Positions 14,811 to 27,238 are shown, counted from the first letter of the stretch. The stretch: DNA of 64,000 nt from Eledone cirrhosa (GCA_964016885.1 OZ024740.1:3534001-3598000); one strand, 5' to 3'. Notes: generated by a model not told the origin, from the sequence alone. Made by a program: numbers and translations.

Positions 14811-14950
14811 TATGTATGTATATGTATATATATATGTGCATATATATATATATATATACATATATATGTGTATATATATATACATATATATGTGTATATA
14901 TATATACACATATATATGTGTGTATATATGTATATATATATATTTGTATA

Positions 14951-17783
14951 TCATCATCATCATCATCATCAGGTTTAGCGTCCGTGTTCCACGCTTGCAT
15001 GGGTTTGGACGGGGGTTTTCCCACTTGAGGCAAGAGTGGTTGTCTTGCTCGCATAGGACTGTCTGGCGGGTTTTCTACAGTTGGATGCCCTTCCTAACAA
15101 CAACCACATTTACAGTGTGGGGCTGGGAGGTTTTTACCGTGTTGCCTACACGGCCACATTACAGCGTGGACTGTCTGGCGGGTTTTCTACAGCTGGATGC
15201 CCTTCCTAACACCAACCACATTTACAGTGTGGGGCTGGGAGGTTTTTACCGTGTTGCCTACACGGCCACATTTACAGCGTGTGTTTTTTGTCGTGACACC
15301 TACACGATCTCATTTGTTTCGGCCTGGATGTTGTGGGACCAACATAACTTTACATTGAAAGGGGCGGTGTGGGTGGGGTGGAGGTGGTGGGACGGGGGTG
15401 TGTTTTGATAGAGATGCCTACTGACTGTAGTAGGTTTTTACTTTGTATTTAGGTAAGGCGGGTCTTCTCTATTACTGAGTACCGCCAAAGGTCTCGGTCC
15501 AGTGACATTGTCTTGGAGAGGTGTAAGCGTGTGAGGTCGGAATTTATCAGCTCGTCCCATGTTTTTCTGGGTCTGCCTACTCCGTGGCTACCGTCTATCT
15601 TTATTGCCCTGCACTTTGTTATACAGCTGTCGTCTTTCATGCGCATCACGTGACCATACCAACGTAGCCTTCTCTCGAGTAAACAACATCTGATCCCTCT
15701 TATTTCTAATTTTTTCCTTAGTTCGTTTATGCTTTGCCGTTCACATATATTACTATTGCACATCCAGCGGAGCATGCAAGCTTCGTTCCTCTCTAGTCTG
15801 CGTATATCCTCTGCACACAATGCCCAGGTCTCACTGCCATGCAGCATTGCTGTTCGTATGCTGGCATCGTATAACCTGCCTTTCATTTTTAGGGAGAACC
15901 CTCTAGCGGCTAATAGTGGTATAAGCTCTCTGAACTTTTTCCATCCAGTTCTGACTCTAGCTACTGTACTTTCAGAGCACCCTCCCCCACTGCTGATTTT
16001 GTCACCCAGATAACGGAAGCTGTCCACTATTTCTATAGAACCCTCTGCGCAGTTGAAGGAGCTAGTATTTTGTGGGCACTTGCTGCTACTTATTGCACCA
16101 GAGCACCGGCCACATGTAAAATCTATGTTCTTAGTTAGCTTACCTGTGATCCCACTACATCTTTTATGCACCCATACTTTGCATTTGGGACATAAAATGG
16201 AGTTTCTACCTATGCCTTTCCTACACACTGAGCATGGCCATTTCCCCGATGGGACCGCCGCCTTATTTTCTTTCCTACAAACTAGAACTTTAGTCTTAGC
16301 CAGGTTGGAATTTCTTCTCTAGTTCGGTCATTGATTCAGCTATGAGCGTTAGATCATCTGCGTATAGGAGTTCCCATGGGCAGCCGGTCTTGAACTCCTC
16401 TGTTATAGCCTGAAGGGCAATAATAAATAGTAGGGGGCTAAGAACAGAGCCCTGATGGACACCAACTCTTACGCTAAACTCTTCACTATATTCGTTGTTA
16501 ATTCTAACCTTACTGACTGTTTCTTTATACATGGCTTGTATAGCTCTCACAAGCCATTCGTCAACACCTAGTTTTCTAAGAGACCACCAGATAATGGAAC
16601 GGGGGACTCTGTCGAAGGCTTTCTCCAAGTCGACGAAAGCTAAGTATAGGGGTTTACTTTTAGCTAGGTACTTCTCCTGTAGTTGTCGTACAATGAAAAG
16701 AGCGTCTGTGGTACTTTTGCCTGACACAAACCCGAACTGCATTTCATCTAGATCAATTCTCTCTCTGATTAGTTGCGCTATTACTTTTTCCGTGACCTTC
16801 ATGACCTGGTCGATTAATTTAATGCCTCTATAGTTACTCCTATCTAGGGCATCTCCTTTTCCCTTATAGCAGTTAACGATGATGCTGCTACGCCATTCCT
16901 TCGGAACAACCCCATTCTGTACGACTTGGTTAACTATCCGGGTGACCATGGTGTGTCCCACCGAACCAGATGCCTTCAGCATCTCAGCAACTATTTCCGA
17001 AGGCCCAGCCGCCTTACTCGTCTTCATATCTTTGATTGCCTTACTTATTATACTACCTTCAACTAACACTGCTGGTCCCTCTACTGGATCGATCTGGGGG
17101 AGACTGTCTTTCTCCCATTTGTTCTCCTCATTTAGAAGCCTTTCGTAGTGACACTTCCAAGCTACCTTCTTATCAGCGTCGGTGATGGCAAGTATGCCAT
17201 CATCGTTAAGTACACACTTCTCCCCGACAATATCACGGTTTTCCTTGACACATTGCCTGGCAATCCTGAACACCTCACGTTTTTGGTCCGCACGTTGTAG
17301 AACATGCTTGAACTTTCTTTCCTCTGCTTCCCTTCTTGCGAAGTACACTTGTCTCCTAGCTTCCCTCCTGGCCACTTGATAGTCTTCTCTACTTCCCCCA
17401 TCCCGCCATACTTTCCAAGCCTGCTTTTTGGCCTTAATTGACTCCTCCACCTTACTGTTCCACCACCATGTTACTCTCCTCCTACCTACAGGCCTGCTCC
17501 AGCCACAGACTTCGTCTGCCGCCGTCAGCAGGTTTGCTCTCAGGAATTCCCACTGTTCCTCTATATTATACGACTCTATTTGCTCTTCCTTACTGTCGAA
17601 AGCGTCAAGTAATATGCTTTGAAATTTATTTCTGGCTATGGGGTCCTTTAGCTTCCATATTTTTCTACTGAGGATAGTCCTCTTCCGCTGTCTAGTACGT
17701 CTGGTCCTGACTATGAGGTCGCTAATTATCAGTCTATGTTGGGAGGTGAATTCTTCATGGGGGTGGGATTTAGTGTTAACAAT
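14951..17783 (-). mobile_element. RTE-clade LINE, 5'-truncated copy with frameshift
   Basis: Near-identical to 17876-20643; ORFs 16296..17450 and 15449..16228 split by a 41-bp deletion at about 16306; (GAT)n tail; about 112-bp duplication in the 3' UTR. Confidence 0.95.
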
Positions 17784-17786
17784 ATG

Positions 17787-17877
<91 letters not shown>

Positions 17878-18272
17878 CATCATCATCATCATCATCATCA
17901 GGTTTAGCGTCCGTGTTCCACGCTTGCATGGGTTTGGACGGGGGTTTTCCCACTTGAGGCAAGAGTGGTTGTCTTGCTCGCATAGGACTGTCTGGCGGGT
18001 TTTCTACAGTTGGATGCCCTTCCTAACAACAACCACATTTACAGTGTGGGGCTGGGAGGTTTTTACCGTGTTGCCTACACGGCCACATTTACAGCGTGGA
18101 CTGTGTGTTTTTTGTCGTGACACCTACACGATCTCATTTGTTTCGGCCTGGATGTTGTGGGACCAACATAACTTTACATTGAAAGGGGCGGTGTGGATGG
18201 GGTGGAGGTGGTGGGACCGGGGGGTGTTTTGATAGAGATGCCTACTGACTGTAGTAGGTTTTTACTTTGTAT

Positions 18273-21200
18273 TTAGGTAAGGCGGGTCTTCTCTATTACT
18301 GAGTACCGCCAAAGGTCTCGGTCCAGTGACATTGTCTTGGAGAGGTGTAAGCGTGTGAGGTTGGAATTTATCAGCTCGTCCAATGTTTTTCTGGGTCTGC
18401 CTACTCCGTGGCTACCGTCTATCTTTATTGCCCTGCACTTTGTTATACAGCTGTCGTCTTTCATGCGCATCACGTGACCATACCAACGTAGCCTTCTCTC
18501 GAGTAAACAACATCTGATCCCTCTTATTTCTAATTTTTTCCTTAGTTCGTTTATGCTTTGCCGTTCATGTATATTACTATTGCACATCCAGCGGAGCATG
18601 CAAGCTTCGTTCCTCTCTAGTCTGCGTATATCCTCTGCACACAATGCCCAGGTCTCACTGCCATGCAGCATTGCTGTTCGTATGCAGGCATCGTATAACC
18701 TGCCTTTCATTTTTAGGGAGAACCCTCTAACGGCTAATAGTGGTATAAGCTCTCTGAACTTTTTCCATCCAGTTCTGACTCTAGCTACTGTACTTTCAGA
18801 GCACCCTCCCCCACTGCTGATTTTGTCACCCAGGTAACGGAAGCTGTCCACTATTTCTATAGAACCCTCTGCGCAGTTGAAGGAGCTAGTATTTTGTGGG
18901 CACTTGCTGCTACTTATTGCACCAGAGCACCAGCCACATGTAAAATCTATGTTCTTAGTTAGCTTACCTGTGATCCCACTACATCTTTTATGCACCCATA
19001 CTTTGCATTTGGGACATAAAATGGAGTTTCTACCTACGCCTTTCCTACACACTGAGCATGGCCATTTCCCAGATGGGACTGCCGCCTTATTTTCTTTCCT
19101 ACAAACTAGAACTTTAGTCTTAGCCAGGTTAATTTTAAGGCCTTTTGATTCTAGGCCGTGCTTCCATGTTTGGAATTTCTTCTCTAGTTCGGTCATTGAT
19201 TCAGCTATGAGCGTTAGATCATCTGCATATAGGAGTTCCCATGGGCAGCCGGTCTTGAACTCCTCTGTTATAGCCTGAAGGGCAATAATAAATAGTAGGG
19301 GGCTAAGAACAGAGCCCTGATGGATACCAACTTTTACGCTAAACTCTTCACTATATTCGTTGTTAATTCTAACCTTACTGACTGTTTCTTTATACATGGC
19401 TTGTATAGCTCTCACAAGCCATTCGTCAACACCTAGTTTTCTAAGAGCCCACCAGATAATGGAACGGGGGACTCTGTCGAAGGCTTTCTCCAAGTCGACG
19501 AAAGCTAAGTATAGGGGTTTACTTTTAGTTAGGTACTTCTCCTGTAGTTGTACAATGAAAAGAGCGTCTGTGGTACTTTTGCCTGACACAAATCCGAACT
19601 GCATTTCATCTAGATCAATTCTCTCTCTGATTAGTTGCGCTATTACTTTTTCCGTGACCTTCATGACCTGGTCGATTAATTTAATGCCTCTATAGTTACT
19701 CCTATCTAGGGCATCTCCTTTTCCCTTATAGCAGTTAACGATGATGCTGCTACGCCAGTCCTTCGGAACAACCCCATTCTGTACGACTTGGTTAACTATC
19801 CGGGTGACCATGGTGTGTCCCACCGAACCAGATGCCTTCAGCATCTCAGCAACTATTTCCGAAGGACCAGCCGCCTTACCCGTCTTCATATCTTTGATTG
19901 CCTTGCTTATTGTACTACCCTGGACTAACACTGCTGGTCCCTCTATTGGGTCGATGTGGGGGAGACTGTCTTTCTCCCATTTGTTCTCCTCATTTAGAAG
20001 CCTTTCGTAGTGACACTTCCAAGCTACCTTCTTATCAGCGTCGGTGATGGCAAGTATGCCATCATCGTTAAGTACACACTTCTCCCCGACAATATCACGG
20101 TTTTCCTTGACACATTGCCTGGCAATCCTGAACACCTCACGTTTTTGGTCCTCACGTTGTAGAACATGCTTGAACTTTCTTTCCTCTGCTTCCCTTCTTG
20201 CGAAGTACACTTGTCTCCTAGCTTCCCTCCTGGCCACTTGATAGTCTTCTCTACTTCCCCCATCCCGCCATGCTTTCCAAGCCTGCTTTTTGGCCTTAAT
20301 TGACTCCTCCACCTTACTGTTCCACCACCATGTTACTCTCCTCCTACCTACAGGCCTGCTCCAGCCACAGACTTCGTCTGCCGCCGTCAGCAGGTTTGCT
20401 CTCAGGAATTCCCACTGTTCCTCTATATTATACGACTCTAATTGCTCTTCCTTACTGTCGAAAGCGTCAAGTAATATGCTTTGAAATTTATTTCTGGCTA
20501 TGGGGTCCTTTAGCTTCCATATTTTTCTCCTGAGGATAGTCCTCTTCCGCTGTCTAGTACGTCTCGTCCTGACTATGAGGTCGCTAATTATCAGTCTATG
20601 TTGGGAGGTGAATTCTTCATGGGGGAGGGATTTAGTGTTAACAACAGACACTCTGTCACGTCTTCTGGTAAGGATATAATCTACCTGGCTTGTGTGTTCC
20701 CCCGATCTATAGGTGATCAAGTGATTGTCTCGTTTTTTGAAGTTAGTGTTACAGATAGTTAAGTTATTTGCGTCGCAGAATTCCAGGATTCTGGAGCCTT
20801 CCTCATTTCTAGTACCGAACCCATAGCCTCCATGGATTCCGTCATAGCCGTCACAATGTTGTCCAATGTGACCATTTAGGTCGCCTGCAATAACTATATA
20901 GTCACTGTCGGTTATTTGGGAGGTAGCGAGCATCAGTGTCTCGTAGAATCTGTCTTTTATAGCACCGGGCAGTCCGGATTGTGGTGCGTACGCAGATATT
21001 ACTGTCACCGTAGTTTTATTGAGGACAAGTCTTATTTTAATTATTCTGTCGTTCACTCTATTTACGTCTATTATCTTATCTGCCCACTTTTTTGCTACCA
21101 TGATTCCTACCCCACCCAACCCATTGTCATTTCCCACCCAGAAAAGCTTATAGCATCGTTCTTTACCCACGATGAATTTAGCCGACCCTCCCTTCCACCT

Positions 21201-21290
21201 GGTCTCTTGGATACAACAAACATCGACCTCCTTACGTTCAAGCATTTCTACAACCTCGTTAGAGCGACCCTTTAAGGTGCCTACATTCAT
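18273..21290 (-). CDS. RTE LINE polyprotein: APE endonuclease, reverse transcriptase, PHD-type finger
   Basis: APE motifs NVGTL, IQETRW, SAYAPQ, GDLNGH, VDYIL, SQHRL; RT motifs NYRGIKL, QFGF, FVDLEKAFDRV, GIHQGSVLSP, YADD; C4HC3 CSVC..CPKC..HKRC..CGWC. Confidence 0.95.
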   Translation of the reverse strand: MNVGTLKGRSNEVVEMLERKEVDVCCIQETRWKGGSAKFIVGKERCYKLFWVGNDNGLGGVGIMVAKKWADKIIDVNRVNDRIIKIRLVLNKTTVTVISAYAPQSGLPGAIKDRFYETLMLATSQITDSDYIVIAGDLNGHIGQHCDGYDGIHGGYGFGTRNEEGSRILEFCDANNLTICNTNFKKRDNHLITYRSGEHTSQVDYILTRRRDRVSVVNTKSLPHEEFTSQHRLIISDLIVRTRRTRQRKRTILRRKIWKLKDPIARNKFQSILLDAFDSKEEQLESYNIEEQWEFLRANLLTAADEVCGWSRPVGRRRVTWWWNSKVEESIKAKKQAWKAWRDGGSREDYQVARREARRQVYFARREAEERKFKHVLQREDQKREVFRIARQCVKENRDIVGEKCVLNDDGILAITDADKKVAWKCHYERLLNEENKWEKDSLPHIDPIEGPAVLVQGSTISKAIKDMKTGKAAGPSEIVAEMLKASGSVGHTMVTRIVNQVVQNGVVPKDWRSSIIVNCYKGKGDALDRSNYRGIKLIDQVMKVTEKVIAQLIRERIDLDEMQFGFVSGKSTTDALFIVQLQEKYLTKSKPLYLAFVDLEKAFDRVPRSIIWWALRKLGVDEWLVRAIQAMYKETVSKVRINNEYSEEFSVKVGIHQGSVLSPLLFIIALQAITEEFKTGCPWELLYADDLTLIAESMTELEKKFQTWKHGLESKGLKINLAKTKVLVCRKENKAAVPSGKWPCSVCRKGVGRNSILCPKCKVWVHKRCSGITGKLTKNIDFTCGWCSGAISSSKCPQNTSSFNCAEGSIEIVDSFRYLGDKISSGGGCSESTVARVRTGWKKFRELIPLLAVRGFSLKMKGRLYDACIRTAMLHGSETWALCAEDIRRLERNEACMLRWMCNSNIHERQSINELRKKLEIRGIRCCLLERRLRWYGHVMRMKDDSCITKCRAIKIDGSHGVGRPRKTLDELINSNLTRLHLSKTMSLDRDLWRYSVIEKTRLT

Positions 21291-21591
21291 GGTACCAACT
21301 CTGAAGTTTTGGATTGCGTTTGGAGGGTGGGAGCGGTGGGGCGCGGGGGGGGGGGGATGGGGTTATGTTAGCCATCCTGGGCCGAAACAAGGCGGAGTGC
21401 TTGCATTCTCGTCCACGAGGTGAATTTGTCTTTATCTTTGGCATTGTCGCTGAGCGTCCACATTTTTCTCTCTTCAACTCTCCAGAATTCCGTAGTCCAT
21501 CCATCATATCGAAAAGCAACCAGTTAAACGATAGTATGGGCCTCTGACTTATGATTGGTCCACGTAATAATGGTGGGGCGGGTGGGAGGGA

Positions 21592-22083
21592 TGATGGGTT
21601 GTTAGCGAGAATGTAAGGTTTAAGATAAGATCGCCGTATGTTGGGCATAATTTAACAATAAACGAAAATACAAGATTTGTTTTGTTTAAGAAAATACGAT
21701 AGAGAAAATGCGGTGATGGGTTGTTAGCGAGAATGTAAGGTTTAAGATAAGATCGCCGTATGTTGGGCATAATTTAACAATAAACGAAAATACAAGATTT
21801 GTTTTGTTTAAGAAAATACGATAGAGAAAATGCGGTGATGGGTTGTTAGCGAGAATGTAAGGTTTAAGATAAGATCGCCGTATGTTGGGCATAATTTAAC
21901 AATAAACGAAAATACAAGATTTGTTTTGTTTAAGAAAATACGATAGAGAAAATGCGGTGATGGGTTGTTAGCGAGAATGTAAGGTTTAAGATAAGATCGC
22001 CGTATGTTGGGCATAATTTAACAATAAACGAAAATACAAGATTTGTTTTGTTTAAGAAAATACGATAGAGAAAATGCGGTGAT
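21592..22083 (-). repeat. About four 122-bp tandem monomers in the LINE 5' UTR
   Basis: Identical units at a 122-bp period (ORF starts 21648, 21770, 21892, 22014). Confidence 0.93.
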
Positions 22084-22534
22084 AGGGAAAATATGATTTT
22101 TAGAGAAAAAATATGATATAGAATGGTAAAAATATGATATAGTGTGAAATCAGGACATAGAAAAGTGATTGAATGAATGGATTCGAATGGAGAGAAGAAT
22201 CGAGAAAAATATTTGAACGTTACTTTATACCGCAGGAAGAGCCATCCCAGAAATAGCGAGTTGGCGATTGTGATTAATTTTGGTAGGGTTTATCTTATAT
22301 GTATAGAGAGGGAGGGGGGGGGGGGGCAGGAACCAGCATGATGTATGGGTAGGGGGTAGAAGATGGGATGGAGCAGAGGTTAAGAGTTTAAATAGGTACT
22401 AGAAGTTTTGCGTAGAACTTAGCAAGTTTAACAAAATATATTTAAAGGAATATATAATAGTGATTTGTTTTTGTTATGAAAATACGACAGAATATGAAAA
22501 TATGACAGAATTAAGCGTATATGTATATATATAC

Positions 22535-22612
<78 letters not shown>

Positions 22613-23225
22613 GTGTTATGTATAACACATATACATATATATATATGTATATATGTATATGTATATGTATATATATATAAACACACACTCACAAAAATAC
22701 ACACAGAAATATTTATGTATATATATACATATTTTTATATATTTATTCATAATTGTACATGTAATATAGAGTTGTTTGTAAAAGATTTTAAGAGAAAGTG
22801 GCTTTGTTCCCATAACATTTATACGCAATTACCTACACAAATATACACACATGTAAACATACTCACACATACACACACATATATATGATATATGCATGTA
22901 TATAAATATATCAACGTCTGTGTATGTGTGAGTATATATATATATATATACGCAATAGTGATTGCCTAAACACGAGGAGTGAATTTTTCACACGTTGTCC
23001 ACACGTCACCAAACATCTATTACATAACTACAAGGCTCCGGACTAATTCTTTGTAATTTTATTTTTAAATTTTTTTATTTTATTTTCAACCAAAAAACTT
23101 TCCGGACTTTCGCAGTTATCTCCCTTACACCCCCCGCACGCAGTCTACTATTGCCTGTGTGAAGTGACCGAGTTTCTGCACATGCGCATTCGTACGGTTG
23201 TCCTTCCTGTTCCTATAACCATATA

Positions 23226-23273
23226 CATCCCGAGCTGAAGATCCGCCAAGGTGAAACAATTGTTCTCGGTATG
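23226..23273 (+). ncRNA. Minimal type I hammerhead ribozyme
   Basis: cat-c-ccgag CTGAAGA tcc-gccaa-ggt GAAAC aatt GTT ctcgg-t-atg; ends shortly before (TA)n. Confidence 0.75.
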
Positions 23274-23297
23274 GTGAACTAACTGTTGTGTAACCAC

Positions 23298-23347
<50 letters not shown>

Positions 23348-23359
23348 ATAATAATTTTA

Positions 23360-23390
<31 letters not shown>

Positions 23391-23817
23391 AGTTTGTATA
23401 CATACATACGTATGTACGTATACATACTTATATTTAAGTAACAGACGTACTAAGAGTGAGAAATGAAATTTTGTTTCATTTTTTCCGTTTATATATATAT
23501 ATATGTGTATATATCATACACCTACGGTAGTAGGTGTATAATATTCTTAAGGTCCCATTTCGGTCACTCGCGACACCTTCAAAGCTTTGTCACTAATTCA
23601 ATTTTTGATAGAATTGGATGCGGTTTGCACTTTATAGGACCACAGATAAGCTACTTTTTGACATAAAAATATTGAAATTTGGTTCAGTAGAAAAAAAGTT
23701 ACATAAAAATAAGTGAGGACCAAAAGAGTGTAAGGAACTACATACATAAGTAATGCTTAGTTTGTTTCTAATTTCTAATACATTAAAATAGTGATAGATT
23801 GTGCAATAGTGAATTGT

Positions 23818-23890
23818 GGTCAGGTAGCTCAGTCGGTAGAGCAGCGGACCGGCAATCCGAAGGTCGTGGGTTCGATTCCCACCCTGATTA
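23818..23890 (+). tRNA. tRNA-like gene or pseudogene, anticodon GGC (nominal Ala), non-canonical C33
   Basis: 73 nt cloverleaf: GGTCAGG/CCTGATT acceptor, GCTC/GAGC D arm, CGGA/TCCG anticodon stem, GTGGG-TTCGATT-CCCAC T arm; T5 run immediately downstream. Confidence 0.7.
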
Positions 23891-24016
23891 CTTTTTCTTA
23901 TCTGCACTTCTTCCTATTCATTATTATTTATTATTATTATTTAACTTATTTGTTGATAAATATTTTTATTAATATTAATATAATATCCTTGCATTGCCTG
24001 GAAAAAAAGTGGATTA

Positions 24017-25374
24017 CAGGGAAAAATGCGGGCGCATGTAAAGAAATATTCTTAAATTAATAAACCTAGAAAAGTAAAGGACAAGTTATTACACCTGGAA
24101 AAGTAAAGGACAAGAAAACTTCTTAAAACTTCTTAAAATATTGCAGCTAAAGTCTAAATTTGAAAAAAAATATTTAGATTATAAAACTAAAAATAAATAA
24201 TTATAAGTTAATTGTTAAAAAAATATCACTTTAAAGGACTGGAAAAATGACTGTCTTATAGGGAGAGTTGACTACTGTATACTTAATTTTTTTCTTGGTG
24301 TATACAAATTAATCTTTTTAAAATAAAATTTGTACAATAATTAATTAATAATAATAATAATTAATATGTACAATTTATTAATTTATGTTATAAGATATTT
24401 AAAAATGTTCACTCTTAATCAAATTATATTTTTAAAAATTTAGTTATAAAATAATGCAGTAAAATAAATCAAAAACAGTGCATCATATAATTGCATTTTT
24501 TATAATATAGTAAAATTCAACGTCTCAAGGGGCAAAATTAGGTAAAAGTCAATTCATCAATTATTCATTTATAGTGAATCAATCAATTATAGTGAATTCA
24601 TCAATTCATTAGATGAACTGTTGAATTAGACAATGTTTAATTTTTAATTGTAGTCTAATTTTACTCTACCTAAAAATGTAGATTGGTTATTTTGATCTCT
24701 GACAGGTCTTAAATTTCATTATTAAACAATTATAATTTGTTATTATTTATCATTACAGTTGGCTCCCTAATTAATTATTAATTAATTGTTAGTGTCATTT
24801 ACACACCAAAATTTTGTTTTATTTGATGTTTATAATTGTCACTCATTTTTTCAGTCCCATTTAGTAAAGTAAAATAAAGTATATTTATTTAATGACCCAA
24901 CCACTATGGTGTAAATTAGGATCACAAAATTAAATAAATGATCATAAATTAGTATTATTATCAATTACGGTAGATTGGCAGTATCGGTAGAGGGTCGGAC
25001 GCCATGCTTTCCAGCATAGTTACGTCCCTTTACGATCTGAGTTCAAATCCCGCCGAGGTTGACTTTGCCTTTCATCCTTACGGGGTCGATAAAATAAAGT
25101 ACCAGTAATGCACTGGGTAATTGCTGGCCTTGTGCCTAAAGTAGAAACAATTATCAATTAGAGAGTCAACTGTATTATTAGAATTTATCACTTTCTATGT
25201 ATATTTAAATCAAATATTTTTTATTATTCAAATTTATACTATAGCTGCAATATTTTAAGAAGTTTTAAGAAGTTTTCTTGTCCTTTACTTTTCCAGGTGT
25301 AATAACTTGTCCTTTACTTTTCTAGGTTTATTAATTTAAGAATATTTCTTTACATGCGCCCGCATTTTTCCCTG
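24017..25374. mobile_element. Non-autonomous Tc1/mariner-type DNA transposon with about 133-bp TIRs
   Basis: TA|CAGGGAAAAATGCGGGCGC... and its exact reverse complement ending CCCTG|TA; AT-rich non-coding interior. Confidence 0.8.
24968..25150 (+). mobile_element. SINE family A (tRNA head, Deu/Nin-domain-like core), full length with TSD
   Basis: TTATCAATTA duplicated at 24958-24967 and 25151-25160; A and B boxes. Confidence 0.88.
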
Positions 25375-25541
25375 TAATATATATATGTATATATATATAT
25401 ATGTATATATATTCATATATCTATTTCCATGCATAAGTACATATGTATATACGTAAAAGGATCCTTCATCGGTTTTAATGATAAATTTAATGAAGTAGCT
25501 AAATCAAGTGAGGGAGTGTATATATAGAGAGAGAGGAGCTG

Positions 25542-26685
25542 TCAGTGAGAGTAGGAATGGAGTTTAGTGAGGAATTCCAGATACAAGTAGGAGTGCATCA
25601 AGGTTTGGTCCTCAGCCCGCTCTTGTTCATTATAGTCCTCCAAGCCATAACAGAGGAGTTTAAGACTGGCTGTCCATGGAAACTTCTCTACGCTGACGAT
25701 CTAGTTCTTATAGCAGAATCTGTAGAGAAGCTAGAGAATAAATTCTGGCTATAGAAACAGCAGTTGGAAGCAAGAGGCCTGAAAGTGAATCTAGCTAAGA
25801 CAAAAGTGTTGATAAGTAGAAAAGAGGATAGAACTCTGATTCCATCAGAGAAATGGTCATGTTCAATATGTAGAAAAGGAGTTGGTATAAATTTTATAGA
25901 ATGTACACAATGCAGATCTTGGATACACAAGAGATGTAGTGGAATAGCAGGCAAACTAACAGATAGGGAAAACTACGTATGCAGTAGATGTACAGGGAAA
26001 TTTGACAGTAGTAGTCGAGGTGATAGACACATTTTTCAAATGCAGGTAGGATCTATAGAGATGGTTGATAGCTTCCGGTACCTAGGTGATCAGTTTAGCA
26101 TGGGAGGGGGGTGTTCCGAGGCTATAGTATCTAAAATAAGGACGGGTTGGAAGAAGTTTAGGGAGCTGCTTGCTCTGTTGATAATGAAGGGTTTCTCCCT
26201 ATCATACAAACAAAAGGTTGGTTGTATGATGCCTGTGTGAGATGCGCGATGCTGCATAGTAGTGAGATATGGGCAGCAACTGTGGAGGATATGTGACGGC
26301 TGGAGAGAAATGAAGCAAGCATGCTCTGATGGATATGCAATGTCAATGTGCGTGAATGACCAAGCATAGAGGAGTTGAGAGAGAAACTGTGTATAAGAGG
26401 GATAAGTTGTGGTGTGCAGGATAGAAGACTGAGATGGTATGGACATGTGATGCACATGGAGAATGGCCGCTGGGTAAAGAAGTGCCAAGAAATCATGGTG
26501 GAAGGAAGATGCAGTAGAGGAAGACCACAAAAAACATGAGCGGAGGTGGTGAGAGCAGACCTCAGATTGATGAAGCTCACAGAGTAGATGACGAAGGACC
26601 ATGATGAATGGAGAGTTGCTATGCTGAATAGGACACGTCCCACCCTTGCAAGCAGGGAAAAATGGACGTAAAATGATGATGATGA
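25542..26685 (+). mobile_element. RTE LINE 3' fragment, older related subfamily
   Basis: GVHQGLVLSPLLF, YADD, PHD-type cysteines, in-frame stops, GGACGTAAAA(TGA)n tail. Confidence 0.9.
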
Positions 26686-26955
26686 TATATATATATGTGT
26701 GTGTGTGTGAAAAGTAAATGGAAATAACAAAACAAACAATACAGTGCAATGAAATATGTTAGTTTAACGCTTGATATAGTAGAAAAAGGGTCTTAATCTT
26801 TCTGATATTAGTCCATCATCAGAAGATAGAATGAGAAATAACAGATGAAATAGCAATGAAACCGAATTGGCGGGCCATTTCCGAATCAAATCTATTCTTT
26901 ATTCTCTGTTTGTATTTTCTGTAATCCTGTTATCAATTAACTAATTTTGCAATCC

Positions 26956-27029
26956 ACACCTGATGAAATTGCTAAAGTTTTACATTATGATTGGATGATG
27001 TAACTAGGCCATTGAAATACGTATTGTGT
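26956..27029 (+). ncRNA. Type I hammerhead ribozyme, long stem II
   Basis: acac CTGATGA aat..ttacattat-gattgg-atgatgtaa..att GAAAT acgt ATT gtgt. Confidence 0.7.
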
Positions 27030-27238
27030 TTTTGAAGCATTAAAACCTTAAAATAATATTTCTAGTCTGGACTTCTGTTATTTTTAAATGTATATTTAAC
27101 TCCATTCCTGCACCAGCCACAGGATACCACATCTACGATAGATGATTTGCATAGTGTAGAGTGCTTTAATATATTACATTATGATTTACTAACCAGAGTG
27201 ACTAGTTCTACCCATTGGTAAACCACACAACATAAATA

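Larger units (their letters stand above)
17876..22426 (-). mobile_element. RTE-clade LINE, apparently full length (5' boundary approximate)
   Basis: Single long ORF, 5' tandem monomers, 3' UTR and (GAT)n tail, flanked by (TA)n tracts. Confidence 0.9.

Noticed and set aside
15729-21275. Plus-strand ORFs antisense to the RTE ORF
   Set aside because: Shadow frames of the LINE coding strand
26780-26830. Minus-strand CTGATGA..GAAAG
   Set aside because: Stem III and stem I do not pair; at best a decayed half
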